From the IMG/VR virus record IMGVR_UViG_3300046529_000479: 64,000 nt of DNA. One strand, written 5' to 3'. Position numbers and translations under genes: made by a program. The notes below the pieces were generated by a model. The model was not told where the DNA came from. It worked only from the letters and a program-made list of their open reading frames with translations, and ran no database searches. Origin of the DNA: an uncultured virus (IMG/VR IMGVR_UViG_3300046529_000479). Its lineage: Duplodnaviria; Heunggongvirae; Uroviricota; Caudoviricetes. This document shows positions 29,615 through 39,979 of this stretch, piece by piece; the stretch's first letter is position 1; each line of letters opens with the position of its first letter.

Positions 29615-29796
29615 TTGTCACCACCCTTCTTGCTCTTAGGCTCCTCGGAAACGACCATGATGCGTCCTTCCTCGATCAACTGCTGGTTGAACGGGTCGCC
29701 CAGCGACTTCGCTGTGACGTCCTTTGTCTCTCCTGGCGCCAGGATGCTTCCATCGGCCAGGTCAGTCAGAGCGCCGACGTTCTTGACTGTCGTCAT
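29611..29796 (-). CDS. small tail-associated protein
   Basis: ATGA-coupled, GGAGGGG SD, just upstream of sheath. Confidence 0.5.
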   Translation of the reverse strand: MTTVKNVGALTDLADGSILAPGETKDVTAKSLGDPFNQQLIEEGRIMVVSEEPKSKKGGDK

Positions 29797-30437
29797 GCCA
29801 CCCCTTCCTTCTCTACATCGACATCGACTTCCTGCGCCTCTGGCCACTGGCTGCCAGGCTGATGCACCGGGTCGGGCGGATCGGCGGATGGATAGGTACG
29901 CGGGCCTCCCATCTTGTTGACTACATTCTCTACCATCACGTCGAACTCTCCAACACCGACAGCGAATGTCCGTTCACCTTCGGACGATCCGAGATCGTCA
30001 TAGCTCTCGTTTCGCCAGACAACATGAACGGCAAACCCACCGAGACTAGGCTTCTGTACCATGATGCTCCGCACAGCAGCCGCGTACATTTTTGCCAACG
30101 TATTCGTAGATGCTTGATCCATGGCTGAAACTATGACAGCAATACTAATATTCCAGACGGCCGTGTAGGTGCCGTTGCCCTCCATCTTCGGAGCGCCATT
30201 GAGCCCAGGAGAGTACACCACGACTCCGGGCAGCTGCTGCTCATCGAAGTGATCGAGGCGGCTGAACGTTGTGTACGATCGCACAGCTGGTAGATGCTTG
30301 TCAGCAGGCCAACCGCGCTGGATCTCTAGCTCGCGCAGATAGACAGGCATCCAGGCAGCGAGCTGCTCAGTGACGGCCTCCTCAACCTGCGTCCCATCCT
30401 TGATGGGTAGAAAGATATCAACCGAAGACAAAGCCAC
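29793..30437 (-). CDS. tail terminator / completion protein
   Basis: synteny; LPGVVV, PSLGG. Confidence 0.55.
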   Translation of the reverse strand: MALSSVDIFLPIKDGTQVEEAVTEQLAAWMPVYLRELEIQRGWPADKHLPAVRSYTTFSRLDHFDEQQLPGVVVYSPGLNGAPKMEGNGTYTAVWNISIAVIVSAMDQASTNTLAKMYAAAVRSIMVQKPSLGGFAVHVVWRNESYDDLGSSEGERTFAVGVGEFDVMVENVVNKMGGPRTYPSADPPDPVHQPGSQWPEAQEVDVDVEKEGVA

Positions 30438-31062
30438 CCAGTCCCTTGGGCCGTCGCTGACCGCCGATCGTTACCTGGAATATGTAAGTCTCCAGAATCC
30501 TCAGCATCTCGATCCTGTCCTGCTCGTCCACCATCATGTAGTCACGAGCCGGGATCTTGTTGCCCCCACCGAATCGCTGAACCTTTGCGTACGGGATTCC
30601 TTCGACTCCAACCAGCGCCTTGTTATGCAGCGTCTGCCGGACTGTCTCGGAGGACTTCCCACTCGCAGCGTTGAACAATCTGTCCGTTAGGCGCACAGGC
30701 TCGTATACATGGATGGCACCTTGCGCAGGCCTGAACACACCTTTGACGCCACTCGATCCTTTGGGCCGGATGAAGAACCCTCCACCGAACGCATACCCGC
30801 CTTGGAGTCTATGCCCTCCACCTGCACCTACCAGCCTTAGCTTCTTCTTGATCGTTGCTTGTTTCAGAGCTGGCCAAGATCCACCCTTGCGCCTGCCCCA
30901 CGACTCAAAGTTCTTCTCGAAGATCAACTGGAGATAGTCTGCGATCAGATCCATAGCCGGAGTCGTGTCGGCGACCTTCTCACCGATCTTGGTGTACTTG
31001 GCAGCAATCGCTGCGATCTCTGTCTTTGAGGCGGAGAACCTGCTGTAGGTGAGTGCGCTCAC
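30418..31062 (-). CDS. Mu gpG-like virion morphogenesis protein
   Basis: WPALK..T, YA..QRFGG..IPARDY motifs. Confidence 0.7.
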   Translation of the reverse strand: MSALTYSRFSASKTEIAAIAAKYTKIGEKVADTTPAMDLIADYLQLIFEKNFESWGRRKGGSWPALKQATIKKKLRLVGAGGGHRLQGGYAFGGGFFIRPKGSSGVKGVFRPAQGAIHVYEPVRLTDRLFNAASGKSSETVRQTLHNKALVGVEGIPYAKVQRFGGGNKIPARDYMMVDEQDRIEMLRILETYIFQVTIGGQRRPKGLGGFVFG

Positions 31063-31790
31063 CAGCGGATGCTCCCTGCGCAAGGCCCGGGCGGGAAGGA
31101 GTAGACAGCCATTCCTGGACTGCCAGTGTCCTCACCAGAGATTGCTTCTTCGCGCTCTCGACTGACGGCGCTTTCTAGGTTGATGAAGAAAGCGTTGAAC
31201 AGATCCGAGTATTGGGGATAGGGCGAGCGGCCGGTGTTGATCTGCTCCGGCCAGTAACCCAGCTCGACTAGCATCGCTGTGCGGTAGATGATCGCTTGCT
31301 TGGCGTAGCGGTACGCGCCCGCAGGGATGTCGGTGTCGATCGCAGTCGTCACGTCGTCGGATGCCTGGAGGATAAGGCGGTTGACTTCGTCTCCAGTCGG
31401 TCGCGTGTTATTGTTGAAGGTGGCGATCTCTTTCCCAGTCGTGTCGAGCGTCCTAGCGTGCATGAGCGCACCGATGTCTGCCAAGGTTGGCAGATAGGGC
31501 ATCGTATCAACAGGAACATTCTGGATCGGAGTCGTGGGAACTGCCGTGGACGCGGCGGCATCGTGGAAGATGATCTGATACCAGCCAGCGATGAGCGTCG
31601 CGTTGTCCGTGGTGAAGGCACGCGCCATCGGTTCCGTTGGATCGGAGTCGAGTGGAACGATGGGCTGCACATCGATCTCAGTCCACGGCCCAGTCGTAAC
31701 TGGCGCCTCCTCAATGTGGATCTCAGTCCATGGCAGCCCATCGAACTTCGGTGGCGGGGTGTAGTCCTCGAATGTGATCGAGTAAGGCAT
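31059..31790 (-). CDS. head-tail adaptor
   Basis: synteny; TRPT..EV..LI, LVELGYWPEQ. Confidence 0.6.
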   Translation of the reverse strand: MPYSITFEDYTPPPKFDGLPWTEIHIEEAPVTTGPWTEIDVQPIVPLDSDPTEPMARAFTTDNATLIAGWYQIIFHDAAASTAVPTTPIQNVPVDTMPYLPTLADIGALMHARTLDTTGKEIATFNNNTRPTGDEVNRLILQASDDVTTAIDTDIPAGAYRYAKQAIIYRTAMLVELGYWPEQINTGRSPYPQYSDLFNAFFINLESAVSREREEAISGEDTGSPGMAVYSFPPGPCAGSIRW

Positions 31791-34546
31791 CAGAACCTCT
31801 CGTATGTTTGAACGATCCGTCCGGTCTGAGGCTGCATCGCATCGCCGCTAGTCATCGAGTGCTGCCAGATGGATCCCGGAGTATACGTGAACTCCGTGCC
31901 GACGCTGACGCCGATGATCAATGGTGCTACTGATCGGAAAGTCGCCTTGCCGATCGGTGCGATCACGAACTGGAACACGCCGCCCGTCGGAGCAGTTGAG
32001 GTGTATGCAACAACCCCTGCCGGGGCAGCCAGCCGGATGGCGACTTGGGGGGTAGCCGAAGTCGCCTGCCAAGCACCGGCTGGAGCCCCGACAATTGTTC
32101 CGGTATTGATCACCGGAGAGACTATCACGAAAGTTGATGCCCCCGCCGGAACTGTGACGGACTCGCCAATGCCTGGGGATGGGATAGGCGCTGACATCGT
32201 CAGCAATGCCGGCGGGACTGTAACACCGCCAGGGATAACGACGATCGGCGCAGCGGCAGCGTAGCTAGCCGTAGCAGCCGGTACAACGACGATAGTCCCT
32301 GACCCAGCGATAACTCCCGGAGCGGCACTCGTGAACGTTGCGAGGGCCGGAGGCGCAGGATAGAACGAGTGTATGAAGATGAACGGCCCGACGCCAGTCG
32401 CCGTCCAGATCGCTGCCTGCGGAGTTAGAATGGCCCCCTGCCCAGCGAGCAGAGTCGGAGCGACCGCAGCCATGGTAACGGTCAGAGCTGCGATAGTGAC
32501 ACTCGCTCCAAAAGCGATAGCCGGAGGAGTGCTAACAGTCGTCATCGTGGCGAATGGCACCGGGATTGTGAGCGAGGGATTCCCAGCAATCACCACCGCA
32601 GTAAAGACTCCTGCTGGTACAGTAGCAATCCGGCTGAGAGACGGGGCTACGACTGTCGCAGTCCAGACTGCTGGAGGGACGGCCACTGCCCCTGCCCCAC
32701 TCGGAACCGGAGGAACTGCTGTAGCCGAGAATATTGCGACCGGAGAGACTATCGTGTTTGGGACTTGAAGAATCGGCGCCACTGAACTGAATGTCGTCGT
32801 TGCCGCGTTGGGCACAACTCCACCACCAAGTGAAAGCCCAGCAGAAATGGCAGTGAACGTAGCTACCGCCGGTGAGGCCGTTATGGTGCTGGGGAAGTTG
32901 ATAGCTGGTGCGACGGATGAGAACGTCACCAGTGCAGGAGTAGCTTGTACAGCAACAGCAACCGATAGTGTTGGTGCTATCGATGCAAACACGTTCTGTG
33001 CAACAGAAACATCATCGATGTTGACCGAGATGACTCCTTGCCCCACTTGGACAATCGTGAAGTTCGTGAGGCCACTCGCTGTTGGCGTCCAGGCGAACGT
33101 ATACATCGTCCAAGCTGGAGTCAAAGTAATGGTAGGGCCTGCCACCGGCGTGAAGCCTCCACCACCTGCGGCTAGTTTAACTTGTCCTGTCCCCTTTAGC
33201 CAAGCTGAGAACAAGTATGTTACTCCAGCAGCAATATTTATGCTGAAACGACACCCTTCAGAAGCGGAGACTCCATCCGTGGTCATTAGCATAGATGCGA
33301 CGCCGGAATGTGCTGTCGTTGCATCGCGTGCTAAGGTCGCTCCTGAATTGTTGAAGTAACCACCTGCGGTAGTCCACCCGGATACGTCTGTCTCGAATGT
33401 TCCGTTCGAGATTGTCAGCCAAGTTGTCGTCACGGTGTTGCCGATTACCGGAGCTACAGCCGTCGCTGTCCAAATCCCTGCTGGCGGCGTAATGATCCGC
33501 GACTGCCCCAGGAACGGCGAGACGGACGACGCTGAGAAAGTCGCCGGTGGTGCTGAAATTGTCAGTGACACCGTGGGGATCGGCGCGACTGATGTGAAGC
33601 TAGTTGTCGCTGGCGAGGCCGATACGTTCCCCGATCCTGAAACTGGTGGCGCAACAGCCGTGCTTGTGAAGATCGCGGGTGGGGCTATGACTAGTCCCGT
33701 GCGCGAGACAAGTGGCGCGACGGAGCTGGCGTTGAAGGTAGCGGCTGGAGCCGAGATCGTAACGCTGACGATCAGAGTCGGAGCAACTGCACTACCAGTG
33801 AACGTCGCCGGTGGAGCTACGACCGTGTTGCTAGTCCCGATGAATAGAGTAGGGCCGACAGAACTCCCCGTGAAGGCTGCCGCTGGTGCCGCAACTTGCC
33901 AGTCGGCTGATACGCCTGGAGCGACGGATCTAGCAGTGAATGCCGCTGCTGGAGACACCACTGTGTTGGAAACAACGCTGAGCGGGTAGTCCGCCGCCGT
34001 CTGAGACGCCTGTACATCATCGCAGTTAAGGGTGACGAACACCGAGAACCCAGTTGTGTGCCCGAGATAGATCGCGTTGACTGTTGAGGCAGCAACGGCA
34101 TAGGTGATCTGTGTCTGGGGAACGCCGTCAATCTGGTAGTCTATCACCCACGGATTCGCGGACTGATTGACGCGGAACTCCAAGAGATACCATTGTCCAG
34201 CTACCGGCGTAACAGCAGACAGGCGATCCATCACTTGTGCTGTTCCATTGATCCATCCGAACTTGTTTGAAGCTATGTCGTAACCGAAACGAGGGCCACC
34301 GTTCAAAGTCATCAATTCAATGCCCTGACTCGGAATGGATGCAAGGCGGATCCAAGCTTTGAATACAGTGATGGGGCCAGAAGCCCAGGTGTGGAGCCCG
34401 TAACCCGGATCACCAGAGAACTTGCCCGATTTGGCCCCAGTTTTGAAGACAACGGTGTCGATCGAGGCATTCCCGCCAGAAAAGATTGTGCCAATCGCGT
34501 TCGTCTCGAAATCTTCGTTCCAGATTAGTGTTGCCACATCGGCCAC
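31790..34546 (-). CDS. large Ala/Val/Pro/Thr-rich virion fibre protein with carbohydrate-binding-like domains
   Basis: degenerate V.APPA.FT.T.VAP repeats; NGTFETDVSGW...AHSG CBM4/9-like insert. Confidence 0.55.
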   Translation of the reverse strand: MADVATLIWNEDFETNAIGTIFSGGNASIDTVVFKTGAKSGKFSGDPGYGLHTWASGPITVFKAWIRLASIPSQGIELMTLNGGPRFGYDIASNKFGWINGTAQVMDRLSAVTPVAGQWYLLEFRVNQSANPWVIDYQIDGVPQTQITYAVAASTVNAIYLGHTTGFSVFVTLNCDDVQASQTAADYPLSVVSNTVVSPAAAFTARSVAPGVSADWQVAAPAAAFTGSSVGPTLFIGTSNTVVAPPATFTGSAVAPTLIVSVTISAPAATFNASSVAPLVSRTGLVIAPPAIFTSTAVAPPVSGSGNVSASPATTSFTSVAPIPTVSLTISAPPATFSASSVSPFLGQSRIITPPAGIWTATAVAPVIGNTVTTTWLTISNGTFETDVSGWTTAGGYFNNSGATLARDATTAHSGVASMLMTTDGVSASEGCRFSINIAAGVTYLFSAWLKGTGQVKLAAGGGGFTPVAGPTITLTPAWTMYTFAWTPTASGLTNFTIVQVGQGVISVNIDDVSVAQNVFASIAPTLSVAVAVQATPALVTFSSVAPAINFPSTITASPAVATFTAISAGLSLGGGVVPNAATTTFSSVAPILQVPNTIVSPVAIFSATAVPPVPSGAGAVAVPPAVWTATVVAPSLSRIATVPAGVFTAVVIAGNPSLTIPVPFATMTTVSTPPAIAFGASVTIAALTVTMAAVAPTLLAGQGAILTPQAAIWTATGVGPFIFIHSFYPAPPALATFTSAAPGVIAGSGTIVVVPAATASYAAAAPIVVIPGGVTVPPALLTMSAPIPSPGIGESVTVPAGASTFVIVSPVINTGTIVGAPAGAWQATSATPQVAIRLAAPAGVVAYTSTAPTGGVFQFVIAPIGKATFRSVAPLIIGVSVGTEFTYTPGSIWQHSMTSGDAMQPQTGRIVQTYERF

Positions 34547-36720
34547 GCATTCGACTCGACAACTTCACCAGGCACATACGTGTAAACTGCTTGCGTGCTC
34601 TCCTGTACCAGACCTGGCTCAACACACAGGAAGGTAGCGATGGCGGGAACAGCAATGGTGCCCCGCCCGATCTGGGGATTCTGCGGCGAACCGACCCAGA
34701 TCGGTGCGGGACTCGTCAAACTGATTGATGGCGTCGGTGCCTGTGTAGAAGTAGTCCAGCGGGCCACATCCGCAAAGACCTTCTTCTCGATGTCCATCGA
34801 AATGGGCATCACAGGCATCGTTAGAATGCCGGCCAGAGTGGACACTTGAACTGCGAGCTGGGGAGAGCTAGCATCAGCAGTCCAGACTCCGACCGGCAAC
34901 TGTACGACCATCGCCACAGAGGCCGCGCTCGTGAACGTCGTCTTGATCGCCAGCGGAAGTGATGCAATCTCGAACCGAACAGTCGATATGACAGCACTGA
35001 ACATCGCAGGAGTAATCGCCTGTGCGTTGCCAGGGATCGGAGTCGCCGCGCTCGCCGTGAAGACAGCTGCGGTTGAGCCAATCCCGGTCAGAATGCCCGG
35101 CGCGTTTGCGCGCATCGTGACAACAGACACCGGCCCAGAAACGATCGGGTTAAGAGTAACGAGTGGAGCCGAACTATTCATCGACACGATTGCGGCAGTG
35201 GAGACCAAAGCGTTGATGAGAGTCGGAGCTGCACCGACTGACATAAACTGAGCAACAGGCACAACGACATACACCGATGTAGAGATAGCACCAGAAACTG
35301 CCGAGAACATCGCGGGTGGAACGGCAAGCGACTGCCCCGAGCCCGCAACGAAGGAGGGGGTCGATGACAAGTACGTCTCCAGCGCGGATGTCGCGGGCAG
35401 AACGATCGCGAGCGCAGGTGCAACGATCGGAAATGTCACTAGAGCTGCATTCGGGATCAACGTCTTGATCAAGAGAGGCGTAGCGATCGTTGCCGTCCAA
35501 GTCGCGGCGGGAATCGTCAGCACCTGAACGATGATCAAAGATGGAGTAACGCCTTGGGCCGTGAACATCATAGCGTTGGGGAACGAGAACAAGCCTTGGA
35601 TGACGGTCGGGGCCACGGAACTGACTGTGAAGATTGGAGCAGTTGGCAGAACCGACACCACCGTCACCGGCGTAGCGATAGCTGCCGTCCATGTCCCAGC
35701 ATTCGGAGCTACCGTGCTGCCGGTTCCAGGGGCAGTTGCCGTAGTGGTGAAGATCCCGGCTGAGCTAATGATCTGTCGTCCTATCCCTGGCGCGACGACT
35801 GTAGCCGTCCATGTTGCTGCGCCAGGGAGCACAAGCGGAGACAACACCGAGATCGGAGCGACGGCCAGACTATTGAAGAGCGCGGGTGGACTGATAACTA
35901 CAGCAGTGCCCGAGATGGCAGGAGCTACCGACTGCGAGCTAAAACTCGCAAACGGAGCTACAACTGTCTTCGGGATCGAGACCAGCGGTGCGACAGACTG
36001 CGCATTGACAGTAGCTGGTGGGGATACAACTGTATCGTCTATCCGAGACACAGGTGCTACTGATCTCATCGTTACGCTCGCTGGCGGAGCTACGACGGTG
36101 TTAGATACTGCGGTCGCGCCACCGCCGAAATTGTCGATGAAGGAGTTAAATGTTTGACTAGATGCCAAACGGACACCGACGTAGCCAGAAGTCCTGAGCA
36201 AGTTGGTGTCCGTGTAAACGGGCCAGGCTTGCGTCCACGCCCCGGCATGGGAATTGCGGTACATGCAGTACATGTCGAGCCCTGGGCCGCTCGGGGTCGG
36301 CTCGACCCACATCCACATTTGTCCGCCACCAGATACGTTTACGCCATCAGTCTGATGAACATTGGTATCAGCCCCGGCCTGACATACAACTAGGCGCAGT
36401 CTATTGTTTACTGCATCGCTGACGAAGCGGTAATGGTATCCGACAGCATACATGTAGCCAATAACCTGTATGCCGTACGCTGCTGATACGACAATATCCA
36501 GATAGCTCTCGACAGGGCCAGCAGTGAAGTCGAATACCTGCGCGTTCCAATAATCGGATGAGGGCTGCAACTGAGACCCCATCTGATTGCCGGAAATTGC
36601 ACAACCGATGTCAGCCGACACCGCAGCCGGAAAACTCCAGTTCGGGCCCATGGCGCCATTGGCCCTGTTGAAAGCATCCAGGACTGGGGTGCTAGGGCCG
36701 GTGGTCAGATTCGGTGGCAT
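34525..36720 (-). CDS. large Ala/Val/Pro/Thr-rich virion fibre protein
   Basis: same repeat type; N-terminal DAFNRAN...DNFGGG domain; likely ATG 36720. Confidence 0.55.
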   Translation of the reverse strand: MPPNLTTGPSTPVLDAFNRANGAMGPNWSFPAAVSADIGCAISGNQMGSQLQPSSDYWNAQVFDFTAGPVESYLDIVVSAAYGIQVIGYMYAVGYHYRFVSDAVNNRLRLVVCQAGADTNVHQTDGVNVSGGGQMWMWVEPTPSGPGLDMYCMYRNSHAGAWTQAWPVYTDTNLLRTSGYVGVRLASSQTFNSFIDNFGGGATAVSNTVVAPPASVTMRSVAPVSRIDDTVVSPPATVNAQSVAPLVSIPKTVVAPFASFSSQSVAPAISGTAVVISPPALFNSLAVAPISVLSPLVLPGAATWTATVVAPGIGRQIISSAGIFTTTATAPGTGSTVAPNAGTWTAAIATPVTVVSVLPTAPIFTVSSVAPTVIQGLFSFPNAMMFTAQGVTPSLIIVQVLTIPAATWTATIATPLLIKTLIPNAALVTFPIVAPALAIVLPATSALETYLSSTPSFVAGSGQSLAVPPAMFSAVSGAISTSVYVVVPVAQFMSVGAAPTLINALVSTAAIVSMNSSAPLVTLNPIVSGPVSVVTMRANAPGILTGIGSTAAVFTASAATPIPGNAQAITPAMFSAVISTVRFEIASLPLAIKTTFTSAASVAMVVQLPVGVWTADASSPQLAVQVSTLAGILTMPVMPISMDIEKKVFADVARWTTSTQAPTPSISLTSPAPIWVGSPQNPQIGRGTIAVPAIATFLCVEPGLVQESTQAVYTYVPGEVVESNAWPMWQH

Positions 36721-36757
36721 CCCACCGGCCCCATCTCCGTTGCGGACGCACGCAGCA

Positions 36758-37090
36758 TTACTCGGCCGCTGCCGGCTCCTCAGCTGCTGCCGGGGCTGCT
36801 GCTGCTCCGGCCTGCTGGATGGACTGGACGACCCACTGACTGGACAAAACCGCATCCATCTGCTCGTCCTGCTGCTCGTCCGTGAAGCCACCTTTCTCGG
36901 CAACTTCTTGCGTCGCGATGTCGAACGCATTTCGCTCGCAGATGACGCGAGCTGCGTTCTCGGTGCTGGCGTTGAGCTTGTAGACGCGGATCATCGGGCG
37001 TTCGATCTCCGACCCATCCGCGTCGTTGGTGTCCTTGAACGTCTGGGGCTGCCCCTCGGGCGGCGCCATGGTGACTTCGTACTCCGCCAA
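36758..37090 (-). CDS. hypothetical protein
   Basis: TTG start after GGAGGG. Confidence 0.5.
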   Translation of the reverse strand: MAEYEVTMAPPEGQPQTFKDTNDADGSEIERPMIRVYKLNASTENAARVICERNAFDIATQEVAEKGGFTDEQQDEQMDAVLSSQWVVQSIQQAGAAAAPAAAEEPAAAE

Positions 37091-37091
37091 C

Positions 37092-37499
37092 TTACCCTCC
37101 GATCCTGATGTCGGGTGACTTCTCCAGGTATCTGCCGTAGACAGGGCCAACATTCCCGTCCTGCCACTCGGCAATCTGGATCTCGGAACCACTGAGCTTC
37201 TTGTAGAGATCTCGTCCGATAGAGACAACGTCTTCACCAGTGTGCTGCTCTATCACGTACATACAGCAGATACAGAAGCGCGTGATCGTTTGGGCCGCGA
37301 TCTTCTGCAACTCCAGCTCCTGCTTTATTCGGAGCAACTCTGCTGCCTGCATCTTGATGATGTCTTCTGGCGTCAGCTCGGATGCATCTTTGAGTCCGAC
37401 ATTATGCTGAGGCCAGATCGCAGCAGGAGCGAAGATCCTGAGATCCCGCCCCTGCTTTTCGACGCGACCGCGTTGGCTGGGTGCTCCGGCCCGAGCCAT
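37092..37499 (-). CDS. hypothetical protein
   Basis: ATG 37499 immediately after upstream stop. Confidence 0.5.
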   Translation of the reverse strand: MARAGAPSQRGRVEKQGRDLRIFAPAAIWPQHNVGLKDASELTPEDIIKMQAAELLRIKQELELQKIAAQTITRFCICCMYVIEQHTGEDVVSIGRDLYKKLSGSEIQIAEWQDGNVGPVYGRYLEKSPDIRIGG

Positions 37500-37501
37500 C
37501 G

Positions 37502-37942
37502 CTACGCTGCGACTCCCTTGAGCACGCCGGTGGCGTCCCACTGGATGGTGAACGTACCGGACGAGACTGACTGGTCTGCGCCCATGTCCACGTAGCCCAT
37601 GACCGGCGACGTGCCGGCAACGCCCGTGGACTTGTAGATGCATCCGATGCGGCACGTGAAGGTCGCCGACGCCCATGATGCGTTCCCTGCGATCAATCGC
37701 GCCTCGTTGGTCGGTGCATCGTACGACACCGACTTGCCTCCGAGTGTGGCTCCGCCAGCCGTGTAGCCACCAGCCGTCGCCAACTCTGCCGACGTAGCGG
37801 CGAAGAACTCGTCCACGTCCTGGTTAGGCACGTAGGTGTTAGCGTGAAGCGACACCTTGATTGTGTCTCCTGTCCAGTTAACTGGGGATGAACCCCACTG
37901 ATCCAGGACATTCTTGCCGTACCACTTGGCCGTTACAGCCAT
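37502..37942 (-). CDS. virion structural protein, paralog B
   Basis: AKWY, DTIKVSLH, ELAT..GYTAGG, MGADQS shared with 37959-38408. Confidence 0.6.
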   Translation of the reverse strand: MAVTAKWYGKNVLDQWGSSPVNWTGDTIKVSLHANTYVPNQDVDEFFAATSAELATAGGYTAGGATLGGKSVSYDAPTNEARLIAGNASWASATFTCRIGCIYKSTGVAGTSPVMGYVDMGADQSVSSGTFTIQWDATGVLKGVAA

Positions 37943-37958
37943 GTTGCCTCCTCGTTAA

Positions 37959-38408
37959 TCATGACACAATGTCCTTCAGCCAACCAGTTGGGTCTCCTAC
38001 CAGGGTGTACGTTCCGCCCGAGATCGACTGGTCGGCCCCCATGTCTCCGTATCCCAGCAATGGAGCCGTGGATGGTGTGCCTGTATCCTTCCTGATCACG
38101 TAGATGCGGAACGTAAACGTTGCCGCCGTCCACTGTGGAGCATCCGAGTTGAGACGGACTTCCTTGGAAGGAGCGTCGTAGGAGAGCGTCTTGTTGACCA
38201 GTGTGTAGCCGCCAGCTGTGTATCCCGAACCGGTGGCCAGTTCGTTGCTCAGGTCGGAGTAGTACGTGTTCGTGGCCTGGTTGTAGGCGTACGCAGAAGT
38301 GTGGAGCGACACCTTGATAGTGTCGTTCACCCAGTCGAACCGACGAGCGGCCGTCGCGCTGAATACGCCCAGGATCGCGTTATTGTACCATTTCGCTGAG
38401 GCTGCCAT
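37959..38408 (-). CDS. virion structural protein, paralog A
   Basis: tandem paralog of 37502-37942. Confidence 0.6.
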   Translation of the reverse strand: MAASAKWYNNAILGVFSATAARRFDWVNDTIKVSLHTSAYAYNQATNTYYSDLSNELATGSGYTAGGYTLVNKTLSYDAPSKEVRLNSDAPQWTAATFTFRIYVIRKDTGTPSTAPLLGYGDMGADQSISGGTYTLVGDPTGWLKDIVS

Positions 38409-38426
38409 CGGCTTCTCCTAGCAGGA

Positions 38427-38462
38427 GTGGATGAGGGCGGGCGTGAACCCGCCCATCTCCAC
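38427..38462 (-). terminator. GC-rich stem-loop after the capsid cluster (terminator or processing site)
   Basis: GTGGA-GAT-GGGCGGG-TTCACG-CCCGCCC-TCA-TCCAC on minus strand; no U-tract. Confidence 0.35.
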
Positions 38463-38464
38463 CA

Positions 38465-38989
38465 CTACGAGGCATCTCCGATGACCGCCGTCAGGCCCTT
38501 GGTGACACCGGAGCGTGGATCTCCACCTGTCGCTTCATCTTCGGCCTCCAAGACTCGCTTGGCGGCTTCAGGATCGCCCTGGGCGAGGGCGATCGTGTCG
38601 TCCACGTTGGGCTTGTTGGTCTCGATGTACTGAACCAGCTCCGGCACGCCCCACTCCGAAGTATTGCTGGCTGTCTCGCCGACCGCAGCGGCTTCCGCTG
38701 TGGCTGGCCCGGCCAGCTCTGCGTCAGTGTAGAACGAGCCCAGCCGCTCACCACGCTCCAGGGCAAGCGGGCCTAGCTCCTCGATCGAGACGACTTCGCC
38801 TTGAACTCCAACGCGCTCCTTCAGCACATTGGGCCCATCGGCATGAGCCGTGTTTGGTGCCTCGACCAGCCAGGGGAACATGAGATGCTTGATCGTCCGA
38901 CTGTCTGCCTGCTCCGCGTAGTCTTCCGAGCCGGTGTAGTCGGCGATATTGTCCTGGTGTGGATCCTTGCCATAGACAGATTCCGACAT
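38465..38989 (-). CDS. hypothetical acidic head-associated protein
   Basis: directly after major capsid gene. Confidence 0.5.
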   Translation of the reverse strand: MSESVYGKDPHQDNIADYTGSEDYAEQADSRTIKHLMFPWLVEAPNTAHADGPNVLKERVGVQGEVVSIEELGPLALERGERLGSFYTDAELAGPATAEAAAVGETASNTSEWGVPELVQYIETNKPNVDDTIALAQGDPEAAKRVLEAEDEATGGDPRSGVTKGLTAVIGDAS

Positions 38990-39005
38990 CTAGTTCACCC
39001 CCTTT

Positions 39006-39962
39006 CTAGGTTAGGCCCGTGACCTGGAGGATCGCATACGGTTGATCGACGAACCACAGCGGCCGAACACTTGACTGTGTCCAGAACCGCTGCGTCTCCT
39101 CCTCGTACCAAGACTCGGTCAACAGCGGCTGCTCGACCCGCATCTCTCCGACGTTGCCACTGGAGATCGCGTAGGCCGAGCCAGCTGCGACACGGTTGGT
39201 GACGAAGATGTCGAACCCCGTCGAAGCGAGCAGGTCGTTGAGGAAGTTGCCGTAGATCGTGGCGAGGTTGAAATACTCTGTGGGGTTCATGATCCACAGA
39301 TCGAAGTCGTATCCCAACTCCGTCTGCTCCGCCAGCTGCGTGACGCGAGCGAAGTCACGAGCAGGCCACAACGGAGCGTTCGATGCGCTGGAGCCGGTGG
39401 TGACCACCGTAGACCAGCTGTTCCCAGTCGTGGTACGAGTGTAGGCCGTGATCGCAGCGTTCAGCGTGTCCACGGCCCGTTGGTTGATCTTGCGGACGAG
39501 CGTGTTGGCCATCTGACGGATCTGCTTGGTGTAGACGGAGATCTGGTTGCGGTCTCTGGCTTCCACCGTGGTGTAGAACTTGGCGCCCCACTTCTCGACT
39601 TGAGCGACTCTCGGCGCGACTCGCTGAGATGTCACGATCGGGAACTCTGCTCCCGGCGCGATCATCTCGAAGTCACGCTGAAGGTACAGCTCGTTGACGA
39701 GTAGCAGGTCGTAGATGACCGCGCCACCGGTGACCCCACCCGCGTTGGTGAAGACGCGATCAGCGAAGAACCGCTGCAGAGTGAGATCCATGAGCGACTG
39801 GGTCACCCGTGTAGGGTTGTTCAGCGCCCAGTCCACCGTGTAGGTCGTTCCCGACAGAGTCGGCGGGCCAAGAGGGTGGACAGTCGGATTGGGGAAGTAG
39901 CTGGCCTCGATCTCCTCCTCGATAAGCAGCACTGCCCCGTTCGGAAGTACCTGGTGCTTCAT
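39006..39962 (-). CDS. major capsid protein
   Basis: 318 aa after protease/decoration genes; APGAEFP, KWG, VDQP.A...TGL ending. Confidence 0.8.
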   Translation of the reverse strand: MKHQVLPNGAVLLIEEEIEASYFPNPTVHPLGPPTLSGTTYTVDWALNNPTRVTQSLMDLTLQRFFADRVFTNAGGVTGGAVIYDLLLVNELYLQRDFEMIAPGAEFPIVTSQRVAPRVAQVEKWGAKFYTTVEARDRNQISVYTKQIRQMANTLVRKINQRAVDTLNAAITAYTRTTTGNSWSTVVTTGSSASNAPLWPARDFARVTQLAEQTELGYDFDLWIMNPTEYFNLATIYGNFLNDLLASTGFDIFVTNRVAAGSAYAISSGNVGEMRVEQPLLTESWYEEETQRFWTQSSVRPLWFVDQPYAILQVTGLT

Positions 39963-39979
39963 GCCTGTTTCACCCCCTC

